64,000 nt of DNA from the human T2T-CHM13v2.0 reference genome, Homo sapiens. The stretch lies in NCBI RefSeq assembly GCF_009914755.1, contig NC_060935.1; one strand, 5' to 3'. Positions within the stretch are counted from its first letter, which is position 1, and the number at the start of each line of letters is the position of its first letter. Below, in pieces: positions 49,500 through 64,000 of the stretch. The position numbers were made by a program, and so were the translations under genes. The notes beneath the pieces are model-generated. The model was not told where the DNA came from. It ran no database searches and saw only the letters and a program-made list of their open reading frames with translations.

Positions 49500-52275
49500 A
49501 TGTCACCAGAATATACCATGCTTGGGTTTCCAAGCTATACTTACCCACCAACCTCCAAGCCTTTTCAAGATTGTTGCTTCTGGCTTTCTCCAACATCATT
49601 CTTGTTATATTTTTTGGTGATTTCAGTATCCTCATGGATCATCCAATCAATGCTCTGGTGTTTGGTTTCTATGACCTCTTCTCCAGTGATCTTGTTCTTT
49701 AACCCACCTTAGCTTTCCCTCCTTTGGTCATACCATAGACTTTGACAGCACCAATAACCACAACCTCTGCATACACTCAGCTCCAAGCAGCCTACTCTCA
49801 GACCACCTCTTATCTTAGCACATTCTTTTGAGTATCCTGTTCTAACAAACTTTAGACCACCACAGGAACCTACAACTTCTTGACTCTACCAACTTTTCAT
49901 AGTCCCTTACCTCCTACTTCTCTCATTGTATAACAAATGACCCTCAAATTTAGCATCTTAATACAACAAACATTATCTCACACAGTTTCTCGTTGGGCAG
50001 TCTGGCTCAGGGTCTCTTATGAGGTTGCAGTCAATTGTTGGCTGAGTACAGTCTCTGAAGACTTGATTAGGGCTGGAGGGTCTACTTCCAAGTTCTTTCA
50101 CAGGGCAGCTGGCAGAATGTTTCAGTTTCTTGCCATGTGATCCTCTTTATAGAACTGCTAATGATGTACATGGCTTCCCTCAGAACAAGAGATCTGAGAG
50201 GGAGGGAGGGAGGGAAGGAGGGAGGGAGAGAGAGTGAGCGAGCCCATGTGAGCATATCTCTTATAACCTAACCTCTGTAGTAATATACCATCCCTTCTGC
50301 CATATTCTGTTGGTCATACAGACCAACCTAGGTACAATGTGGGAGGGGACTACACAAAGGTGTGAACACCAAGAGGTGGGGATCATTAGGGGCCATCTTG
50401 GAGGTTGGCTACAATACTATTTTACAGAGAAAACAGAGTAATCAGAAGAGAATTTCCATAAGCTCCTGCCACCACATTACCTAATTATCAGTTTACTGTG
50501 TATTCTAACTTTTCTGCTATTATTATAATTAACCATACCTCCTGCTATCTAAGGCCAATCCCTCCACTTGTTCACTAAATTCCATTTCCTCTATGAGGTT
50601 TGCACAAAGACAAAATCACCTAACATTTATCAAAATGTATCCCCATCTTTAAGTGACACATGACTGTAGATCCCTAAATTCTCCCATATCTCTCCCGCAT
50701 CATTAGTTTTCTCCTGTCTATTGGTTAATTTCCATCAATAACAAATATATGCTATGATCTTAAAGAACTCTCCAATGATCCTACCTCTACGTTCAGCCAC
50801 CTCTTTCGCTGTGTCCCTTCACAACAAAATTCATGGAAAGAATTGTCTAAAATTGCTGTCTCCAATTCCTTCTCCTACTCTTTCTTGCCTAGCCCATCAG
50901 GCTTTTGCTCTCCAACTACTCTAAAGACACTGCTCTTTTAAAAGTTATCAATCACTTCCACATGGTCAAATCCAATAGTCAATTTTCAGTCCTTACCTTA
51001 TTTGATCTGTCAGTAGGATTTAACACAGATTGTCTGCCCTCAGTGGAACATTTCTTTTTCACCTGGCTTTCAAGGTATCACACCCTCATAGTTTTCTTCC
51101 TTGGTTTACTGATTAATCCTTCTCAATCTCTTAGCATTCTCCTCCTCTTTTTCTCAGCCTCTGTAATACTGACATACCCTGGGGCTGTTTTAGGATTTAT
51201 TCTTTTATCTGTCTATATTCAACCCCTTGATGACTCCATCCAGTCTCATGGCTTTAAATCTACAGGCTAACGACTCTTAGATTTATATTTGTAGCCCAGA
51301 ACCCTTCTCTGAGCTCCAGACACTTTTTCTCATACTATCTTCTCGGATGTTGATTAGATAAAACTTTATCTGCCCCAAACTGAACTCCTGATCTTCCCCT
51401 TTCCAAATCTACTCCTTCCACCATCTTCACTATCTCAGTAAATAGTAATTTCATCCTGACAGCTGCTCAGGATGAAACCCCTAGTTTTCCTTGACATCTC
51501 TCCCTCACACAATCCATATCCAAACCTTCAACAGATCCTGAAAGTTTTGCCTCCCAAATAGATACAGAATCCAACCACTTATCATCATCTCCACCACTAC
51601 CTCCTTGATCCAAGACATCACAATCCCTTAACTGAATTATTGCAATAGCCACCTAATTGGTCTTCTTTACAGTCTATTCTCACTACAGCATTCGGAATTA
51701 TTATTTTTTTAATTTTGTCACATTATGGTGTTCCTTTGCTCCAAACCTTGCTCCAGTGGCTCCCCATCTCAACACCTATGGTGGCTTACGATGTTTGATC
51801 GGATTGCCTGCTTGACCTACTGTCTCAGCATTCTTCCACTCTCCCTCTGCTCCAGTCACACTATCCTCCTGACTTTTTCTCAACCAGGCAATGCTTCCAC
51901 CTTGGGGCGTTTATACTTGCTGTTATATCTGGAACATGTTTATAAAGCCTCCGTTGAAGAGCACAGTGGCTTCTTCCATTAACTCATTTAAGTCTTTGCT
52001 GAAAAGTATCTCAGTGCAGCTTCTCTGGACGTTCTAATATTTCATCCCTCCCATCCCCACCCTGCCCACCACACTCCCTATCCGCTTTCTTTGCTTTTAC
52101 TCCACATCACACACATTTACTTACTCATTGTTTATTCGCTTATTTCCCCTCACTCTATTGTGAATTCCCTGAGCAGGGATATTTGTTTCGTTCATAGCTA
52201 TGTATCTCCGGTGCTTGGAACAGTACTGGTTTATAAAAAGTTAGTAGTAATGTATGTTAATCGAATGAATAAATT
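49500..52275 (+). mobile_element. L2 LINE remnant with an MLT1 LTR inserted (about 49920-50415)
   Basis: Pyrimidine-rich L2 motifs (ccaaactgaactcctgatcttcc, 3' end gaatgaataa). Boundaries approximate. Confidence 0.7.
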
Positions 52276-52439
52276 ATCCTACAGAGATAATTGAGTGTCT
52301 CTGGATTACAGCAGAGCTTGCAGCAGAGAGGGAGACCACTCAACAGGCCGTGATGTCCAAATATAATAAGATGTATGAAACAGTACTGTAAAATTAGCTG
52401 CACAAAGGATCCGAAAAATTTGTTAGCTTAGTTTGTTTC

Positions 52440-53090
52440 TCCAGGAAGCCGTGCCAGGCTCGCCTCCCTCTTTCATTCTTTTCCCGTGATTCCCTCTACT
52501 GGGACTCCTGACCCTCCTAGTCGCCAGATCACAGGCCCAACGCATCCCTTTCCGGAGGGATTTAGGAAGTCTCGGCGTTGGTCCAGGAACGACAGTCCCA
52601 CCGCGCCTCACATGGCGCATTACCCAGCGACTCCGCTTACCCACACGTCCCCGCCCCCTCAGCCGGACAGGAAGAGGAAATGACGATACCTCGGGCACTC
52701 GAAACTCCACCTCTCACGCCTTCCCAGTTCCGGGAGGGGACGCGGGCTCCGGAAAGGGCGGGCATAAGGCTACGGATGGGCGGGACGGAGCAGCCCACCG
52801 CAAAGTGGCGGTTTACTTGAGGCGGTTACCTTAGTACTCCGAGTAGACTGAGTCTGTGGCGAGCTGCGGGCCGATTCCTGGCCAGTGCCATCTCAGCCGG
52901 AGCAGGCCTCGGGGCCTCAGAAGCAGGCTTTTATCTGGCCCGAGGCTCCCAGCCGTTCAGCGCGTCTTCCCATAACCTATACCGATTATTGGGACTCTCG
53001 GCTGCAGACACAGGTCCCCGCCCCTCCCTCTTTCTCCGGGTTGCAGCTGTCATTCCTCCCTTCCCGCCTCGCTGCGCCCACAGCTGAGGA
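52440..53090 (+). promoter_or_regulatory. CCDC15: CCDC15 CpG-island promoter and non-coding exon 1 (donor after 53013)
   Basis: CpG-rich, with GC boxes GGGCGG near 52756 and 52778 and a cag|gt donor at 53013/53014. TSS not determinable from sequence. Confidence 0.8.
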
Positions 53091-53375
53091 CAGTCTTCGT
53101 TCTCTCATTCCCATCCTTTCTCTTCCCTCTCATCGCCATTTCTTCTAGAAGGCAACTTAAAAACCTTTCTTTGCCTCTTTATTTCTTCCCATTTCTCTTC
53201 CCTTCTTTTCTTCCTTTTTCTCTAGAATCCGTGTGTTTCCACTTCATGCCAGGCTTCTGCCTCCAGGGCTTCTCTCCTTTTCACGGGCCTGTGGCTCATG
53301 TGTTAGGAGGTTGAACTTTTAATGCAGTCATTTGAAGATTTTAAGCTTTTTCTTTCTCCTAATCAGGAGTCACAG

Positions 53376-53552
53376 ATGCTGGGAAGTATGGCCCGAAAGA
53401 AACCTCGAAATACCTCAAGGTTGCCCCTGGCTTTAAACCCCCTGAAGAGCAAGGACGTGTTGGCAGTGCTGGCTGAGAGGAACGAGGCTATAGTACCAGT
53501 TGGGGCATGGGTGGAACCTGCCTCACCAGGTAGTTCGGAAATCCCAGCATAT
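53376..53552 (+). CDS. CCDC15: CCDC15 exon 2 coding part
   Basis: Acceptor at 53366/53367; MLGSMARKKPRNTSRLPLALNPLKSKDVLAV...EIPAY; donor gtgagt. Confidence 0.93.
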
Positions 53553-56500
53553 GTGAGTGTCAGTTTGATCCAAATATGGTGGGGTCCCCCACCACCCTTT
53601 TTATTAGCCTTCTCTAATCCTGGGTGCTTAAAGATGAACAGTCCGAGGATGCTGTTTCTATTCTGCCATAAATAGTTTATGCTCTTGCATTAGGATTATA
53701 GAACAAGTATTTGCCAAAACTTGACTGCAGCTTTAGTTGGCATAATCAAATATTTATTACTCACCTACTATAATATATAGAGCATAATCTACATGGAACA
53801 GGTTATATAGATATATATCTGTATATCAGTTTACTTCAGACTCTTGATTGCTTGTTATGCCCAAGACATAAGCACTATCTACATCTTCCAGACACTGCAA
53901 CTTAGTATGGATGATAGTTGGCATACTTCAAGTAACATTAATTGGTTGCTTAAGGTTTATGATAAATTTTGTAATGAGGATTCAGGCAAAATGGAGTAAT
54001 AGAATAAAGGAGAAAGAGATGAACTCTGATAATCTGAGAAAGTCTAACTAGAAATTCCATGGTTTCTGATAGTCTTTCACCAAACTGTGCCCCTTAGCTA
54101 TTTGTTCAAATTTAACTTGGCACTTACCACATTGTGTTATAGTAGATTGTTTATATATCTTTTCCTGATGCAGTGTGAGCTCCTTGAGCATAGAGAACAA
54201 ATGTCATTTATCATCACATTCCCACTTTTATCTTAAATACTGCCTAATCAATATAGACACTCATGAAGTATTTATGAAAGGCACAAAATGTCTTCTGTAT
54301 GTGTAGACAAGGTGCTGAACATGGATGAAAAAAGGATGAGATATGTTCCCTCAGTGTACTTGATCTCAGAAGAGAAATGAGACGTGTTTAAATGTTAAAG
54401 TAATGCAATATACTATATTCATTTTATTTATGTTTGCACATATGTATGTATATTCATTGATTTATTCCTACCCTGCCTATTTCCAAAAAGGATTTTAAGA
54501 GTCTAGGTGGTATCTCTATCTAAGTTCTAAGAATATAATGCTCAATCAAGAAGCTATGACGTTGGGTTGATGTGACCCAGGAAAGTGTAATGAAGAATTT
54601 GATCGGAGAAGGGAAGGGAATGATTCTCCTATTAAGGAGAATGAGGAGAGTAAGAAGTAAGCAAGGTTCAGGATTCTAAGGGTAGATTAGATCGATTGGA
54701 GTGGAAAGCTTAGTAGGAGAATGGTTGCTGACAGGATTATGGAAAATAGGGATGGTAGAGTACCTTAGGAAATTTTGGAGAAGGGATTGACTTTAATATT
54801 TACAGGTGAATGTCATGATCAACCAGTGTTTTCTTTAGATGAATTGCTTCAAAGGTTTTGAAGGATAGGGAGTGATTGGATCCTGGGGATAAATTAGAAT
54901 ATAATTATAATAATTTAAGCATGGAGTATAGCATCGAAACTTTGTTAGTGGTAAGAAATAGAGAAGAACAGCCTTGAAAAAGGATGATTGAAGTGCTTGA
55001 GCCCACGAGTTGTAGGCTGCAGTGAACTATGATCATACTACTGCACTCTAGCCTGGGCAATAGAGTGAGACCCCATCTCTGGAAAAAAAAAAGGAGTGGA
55101 ATGAGAAGGGATGAATGCAGGAAACACCCCACAAGACTTGGTAAGATTTGGTATAAAGATATTTTGGTATTTAAGTTGTTGACACCTCTTTGTAATTGCT
55201 CAAATTACATCTGTATAATATCAGTAGTGTCAACATGCCTAAAATTTGACACCATCAAACTTTTTCTATGTTAAGAAGTATTGACTATCGTATTCACACA
55301 CATTAACTCAAAATATTAAAGTCTTGGAACATGGATAAACATATCTCCTTTTCCTGATTTAAAAATTTCTGATCAGTTCCAGCCAAAGGGAGTTTGATCA
55401 AGCATCTAATAGAACTCCTTATAGCTTTAGCATATCTAGTCTGGGTATCCACCCTTATTAACGGATATAGCTCTGTCAGCTCAAAATAAATGCTGAATAG
55501 TTACTTCTAAAGCTTGGCCCTTAGATCATGTCTGTTCTAAAGGGGAACTTCTACTCATTTTTCTCCCCAAAATTTCAGGGGGCCATCAGGATTCCTAAAA
55601 ATGTCATAGCTTTAGACTACCTCCCCCCAATAATTATTAATAAATTAGCATCAAAAGACACTGCTGTTCTATCATCATATATGGGATTGCATTATTTTAT
55701 AATTTGTTCTGGTTACCTTTTGCTGTGTAACCAACCACCCCAGAACTTAGTGGTATAAAGCAAATAATACTATGTAACAGGAATTTGAGCAGGGTACAGT
55801 GGTAATGGCTTGTTTCTGCCCCATAGTGTCTGGGACCTCAGCTGGGGCTCAAATAACTGGACATGTCTGAGACACCTTGACTATTTTCCGGCTATTGGCT
55901 GGAGCTAGACAATAGTCAAGTTCTCCCAGTAATGTGGCACCTGCTGGGCTGTAATGTCCAAGATGGCTTTCTTATTCACATATCTGACGCTTGGCCTAGG
56001 ATGACTAGAATGTCTGGGTGCTGGTTAGATATGTTTCTCTTTTCTCATGGCTTCTCTGTTTGACTAACTTGGGCTTCCTCACAGCATGGTAATCTCAGGG
56101 TAGTCTGAATTTTTATATGGTGCTGACTTCCTTCAGAATGAGCACTCTAAGAACAGAGGTGGAAGTTTCTTTATGACCTGGCTTGTAATCTTGTGGAGTA
56201 AAAGAGGAGCAGAGAAAATGGAGGTAAAAGAAAGAGGCCGAATGGCTTAAACTTGTCTGGGGCTTGAGTTAAGCTGGGTCAGTTGTTCAGGCTTCATTAC
56301 GTATATATCTCTCCGTTGGAATTATTTTACCTAATTGTTCTTTGACACTTGTACACTCCACTAGAGTAGTTTATGGGATAGACATCTTGGAAATTTTAAC
56401 TTAAATTGAAATTTGAATGCATTTGATTTTGAGAATTTAATGACAGCCTGTAAAATGATCTGAGGTACCCTTCAGAATTAGAAGTTGGAATCACTGAGTT

Positions 56501-56895
56501 AGAAGGAATAGGTACGAGATATGATGATGATTTTATTTAATTTGAAAATTCCTAGTGAAAGAGAGACATAGTCAAGAGAAAAGCAGTGTAGAGAGGAACA
56601 TAATTGTTGGAGTCAGAAACTTCTAATTCTGCTACTAGTTAGCTATATTAAAATTACTTAATCTTTCTGAACTCCAGTTTCCTCATCTGTAACATAAGGG
56701 ATAAGAATACCTACTGCCAAAGGTGGTTTTGAGGATAGAGTGCTACAAAGTAGTTAAAATACTTGTCACCTGATAGATCCATAATAATGATAAGTGCTGT
56801 TATGATGATGACTATGATTATTATTCAAAGCACTTAGAGGAGATAAATGCAGATCAAGAACTCAAATGGGATAAAGTGTTCCAGATTGTTCAGAA

Positions 56896-57101
56896 CAAGC
56901 TTGTCCAACATGCGGCCATGGGCCACATGTGGCCCAGGATGGCTTTGAATGCGACCCAATGTAAATTAATAAATTTTCTTAATTAACACTATGAGTTTTT
57001 TTGTGATTTTTTTTTTTTCTCATCAGCTACTAGTGTTAATGTATTTTATGTGACAGTTCTTCCAACATGGCCCAGGGAAGCCAAAATATTGGACACCCCT
57101 G
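56896..57101 (+). mobile_element. MER30-type hAT MITE
   Basis: caagcttgtccaac...ttggacacccctg; 8-bp TSD GTTCAGAA/GTTTAGAA. Confidence 0.8.
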
Positions 57102-57754
57102 GTTTAGAATATGTTTTGGAATTGAGCAATTATATAAATATATATTGACTACCCTTATAGTGAAGGCTCTGTACTAGATGCCGTAGGGGAAATAAAGGAG
57201 AATTGAATACATATCCTGTCCTCAAAGAGTTCATAATCTAGTAGGGGAGTCAAGAAGTACTATACTCAGTTAACATTGGTGAAATGAGAGGTGTTATAGC
57301 ATAAGAGGGCTTAGAGAGAGAGTGTTGTGGAAGGTACTGGGGAGTGGGTATTAAATGGTTGTGAAAACTGAATAGGCCTTTACTAGGTGGAGATGAAAGG
57401 AAGGGCATGCCAGGTTAAAAATGGAGCATAATGCCAAATATGAAGACATTTTAACAATAGGACATATTTGGTGAGTGGTAAGTAACCTGGTGTGTCTTGA
57501 CTATTTACTCCATTTTAGAAAATGTGTAACGTGTTAGGTTTTATTTGGTTCATTAAGATTTAATGAAGACATCGTTAGTTCTAATTCAATAAAAAATTTA
57601 AGATTTGATACTCATACATTCCATTTTTTTTTGTACAGAATGGAATTATTTTTTTCAGGATTGTATCCTTATCCTGACTGTTTTGTGTTTAAAACAGCCC
57701 TAATGGACAAAACTGCTAACATTTAAGTTCATTTTCTGTCTTTCATCTTTAAAG

Positions 57755-57904
57755 ACATCAGCATATTTAATTGAAGAAGAACTAAAGGAACAGCTAAGAA
57801 AAAAACAAGAAGCTTTGAAACATTTTCAGAAACAAGTTAAATACCGAGTAAATCAACAAATTAGGTTGAGAAAAAAGCAACAGCTTCAGAAGTCTTATGA
57901 AAGA
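57755..57904 (+). CDS. CCDC15: CCDC15 exon 3 (coiled coil)
   Basis: 150 nt, TSAYLIEEELKEQLRKKQEALKHFQKQVKYRVNQQIRLRKKQQLQKSYER; ag acceptor and gtaagt donor. Confidence 0.93.
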
Positions 57905-58454
57905 GTAAGTTCAAAAGTGAGCCTGAGTAAAGATTGAATGGAAAATATGTGTGTTATGAGATAAGCTATTAGGCAGTAACAGAATTGCTTTCCTTTGATT
58001 ACATGCCTAATATAATCTAATTAACTAGTGAAGACAGTAAATTTTTTTTGTAGAGAAACCATGTTTTATTCCTGTGTTCTGACTCAATTTTTTGCTTTTA
58101 CCAAGTAGTTAAAAGCAATGTCAGAATTTTGGGTTCAGACTTGAGTTTGAATTTTGGCTTTGCTACTTCTAGCTATTGACTTTTGGCTAATTACTTAACT
58201 TCACTGATTGTAGTTTCTTCATCCATAAAATAAGGATATGATACTTCTCTCATAGGATTGTGTGAGAGTTAGATGAGATAACCTAAATTATTAGCACATG
58301 GGAGGTGCCTGGTAAATGTTAGTTTCTCTGCCAGCTAAAGCCTCTCCCCTGCCCCCCACCCCAATTTAAAATCTTCTGAACTGCTTTAGAGGCATTATTT
58401 GATTGCTCTGGATTGGGGTAGAATGTTACTATCCCCCTTTCTTCTTTCGTGTAG

Positions 58455-58643
58455 GCACAAAAAGAAGGCTCCATAGCCATGCAGTCTTCAGCAACACACT
58501 TAACTTCCAAAAGGACAAGTGTTTTTCCAAACAATTTGAATGTTGCTATTGGAAGTTCTAGGTTACCTCCTTCCCTGATGCCTGGGGATGGAATAGAGGA
58601 TGAAGAGAATCAGAACGAATTATTCCAACAACAAGCCCAGGCT
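58455..58643 (+). CDS. CCDC15: CCDC15 exon 4 (gene continues beyond window)
   Basis: 189 nt, AQKEGSIAMQSSATH...FQQQAQA; ag acceptor and gtaagt donor; phase 0 consistent with exon 3. Confidence 0.93.
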
Positions 58644-60057
58644 GTAAGTACCTGTTCATTTTATTTTATGTCTATGATATTTTCCCTATCCCCTAAACTA
58701 TAAATATGACATCTAGGGTATGAGGTAGGGATTAAGAGTTATCACACTCAGCTTCACTTTTGATAATCATCCCCCCTTTTTTTTTTTTAGCTTTGTAAAG
58801 TGGGGAATAGTGGGATAATGCTTTTTAAAAATTTTAAATTTAAATTCATTTGTGTTTGGTAAGATACTCTAAAATTATCTAAAGAAAAGTGCCAAAGTGC
58901 TAGAATTCAAAACCTATTAGAAAGCACTTTAGGTCAAGAACATGGATTTTCCAAGTTATATTGAAATTATATTCTAGGCAAGCTACTATTAGTTTGTAAT
59001 ATACAGAGAGAAATAATTCTTACCTTCGTTGCAAAGAAGTTCAGTATACATAGGTGGCATTTCATTTATTATTTATCTTTGTCTCATTTTTCTTATTTTT
59101 GTTTTTTAATCTGATTATCACAATAAATGAATCTATAGTTGTAGGTTAAAGAATAATACATAGTAAATTCGTAACATATCCACAGTTTTTGGAAAAATGT
59201 AATTTTTATTTAATGACTCATTTTATATACCTAATATTTAAAAATTAACCACTGTGAGTAGATTTCATCCATTCACATTGCTTGACTCTGTCCATTTAGC
59301 CCCCACCTTAGTATACCTGAGCTTTTGTCCAGTTGATACAGTCTTCAACTCTGCTTCAGTAATTGTTCTTCATCTTATTTAAAATGTATTACTAGAAATA
59401 ATGAGAGGAAGAGAGAAAATATGGAAAATTATGAGTATGTGAAAATAAAAGCTGTATTACTGCTTAACATACTTGGTCAAAATTTAATTGTGCTATTAGT
59501 ATAAATAGGAAAAGTTTAGAAGCACACATTATCATGTTGAACTACTATTAAAATTTTTTTCTTTGTCCACAACTATTTGACTCTTTCTTGTCATTGTTCA
59601 GTTTGTAATAATCATTTTTATTTGTTTAGCAAATATTTATTGAGCCAGGCACTGCATAAAGTACAAGGAATAGAACATTGACTTAAGACAGACACAGTCC
59701 TTGCTTTCGTGGTGCTTGTAGCTGTTAGTCCCACTGTAGTGAGGATTTTACTTCATCTGTTTAATACAAAAATAGAACTCATCAGTCAGCAGTATTTGCC
59801 TATGCTGTTTGTTATGGATTGTAGCGATACTAAGGAAATGTAAAATAGGACCTTCCATGGGTTTATATTTTCAGGTAGAAATACAAAACTAATAGACCAC
59901 TCATTGTATCAGATAATAATATAGAGAGATTTTCTGTGTTTTGCAATAAAGTTGTGCTATGGGAGTTCAGAAATTTTTAAGGAAACAGTAGGGGAAGAAT
60001 TCATGGGAGAGATAGACTTGAACTACACATTTTGTATTGGTAAATTCAAGAGAATTT

Positions 60058-60356
60058 GTTTTTCTTAGAGACGGAGTCTCACTCTGTTGCCCATGCTGTA
60101 GTGCAGTGGTGCAGTCCTGGCTCACTGCAACCTCCTCCTCCTGAGTTCAAGAGAATCTCCTGATTCTCCTGCCTCAGCCTCCTGAGTAGCTGGGGTAGGT
60201 GCCTGCCACCATGACTGGCTAATTTTTGTATTTTTAGTAGAGATGGGGTTTCACCATGTTGGCCAGGCTGGTATCAAATTCCTGAGCTCAAGGGATCCGC
60301 CTGCCTTGGCCTCCCAAAGTGCTGGGATTACAGGTGTGAGCCACCACACCTGGCCG
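60058..60356 (-). mobile_element. AluS
   Basis: Dimeric Alu. Confidence 0.9.
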
Positions 60357-60690
60357 AGATAATTTTTTCTTAAAAACCACCCAAACAAAAAAAAAGCCTA
60401 GAATCTCCAATGAGCCAGGTGTATTTGGGAATAAGTAATGGAACCTTTCTAATTGGTAGTTTATAATGGAGAATAACCAAAAATGGGGTTGGATAAGGAG
60501 GAGGAAATCAGGTTATGAAAAACCTTAAATGTCACAAGATTTTTTAAAGTTTTTATAATACCCCCACACTTTTTTTTTTAAAAGGACATGAACTACTGAA
60601 GAATGCTCAGTGACTTAACTATTTTGAGCCTGTAAACTTTGTCCATATGACTCCATGACAATAGATGCTTTCTGATCTTACCACTTCTGT

Positions 60691-60716
60691 TGCAGTTTTT
60701 ATCCACTAGATGTCAC
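60691..60716 (+). promoter_or_regulatory. Candidate CTCF site with upstream motif
   Basis: TGCAGT-N6-CCACTAGATGTCAC. Confidence 0.55.
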
Positions 60717-61178
60717 CGTGAAACTAGACAATGAGACAGTTCAGGCACGAACTCCCTTAGTTTATCTAGAACTGGTTGGGTAAATGGTACACATAATTCA
60801 CTTTCTGAATGTTAGTACACGTCTCAGTTTTCTCGTGTTGGTGTTATAGAAACATGTGATCTTGGAGTTGGAAGAGTTTCAAACATTCATCTGACATGTT
60901 GAAACATTTATACATGAAAGTATTTGATGTCTGGAATATACTTAAATAATAAAAGAATGAGGTAAAGTAGGGAGTTACGGATGAAGCAAGATTGGCTAGG
61001 AGTTGATAGTGCTAAAGTGAGGTATCCATATCTGTCCATGGTGGTTCATTATAGTGTTCTGATTACTTCTGTATATGTTTGAAGTTTTCCATAGGTTTGA
61101 ATTTATTTATATTTTTAATTAAATGTTAAAAAAGAATATTATCTGGTCCTATCTTTCTCTGTCCAAGGAATTCAGTTC

Positions 61179-64000
<2,822 letters not shown>

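Overview
This is mammalian, repeat-rich, spliced-gene DNA that I recognise as the human 11q24.2 locus. It holds the complete 7-exon HEPACAM/GlialCAM gene (- strand, 416 codons, all GT-AG junctions verified by hand), the antisense single-exon HEPN1 ORF inside its 3' UTR, and the CpG-island promoter and first four exons of CCDC15 (+ strand). The rest is transposon-derived. It includes a full-length HERV-L provirus with two MLT2A LTRs and a 5-bp TSD, inserted in an old L1MA and itself hit by an L1PA. It also includes a full-length Hsmar1 mariner hit by an internally deleted L1 and an Alu, plus MER1, MER30, a MER4 LTR, MaLR LTRs, L2, MIR, a CR1 relic and about 14 Alus. I found no convincing evidence of a new biological system. 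The best leads are regulatory or annotation-level: a HEPACAM uORF whose stop overlaps the main AUG, tandem splice sites, HEPN1 as a probable A-tract priming artefact, a CDE/CHR element plus an open in-frame 5' extension at CCDC15, an upstream-motif CTCF site, and asymmetric evolution of the two HERV-L LTRs. Repeat subfamily names are by-eye calls; statements about database annotations are from memory and are flagged as such.
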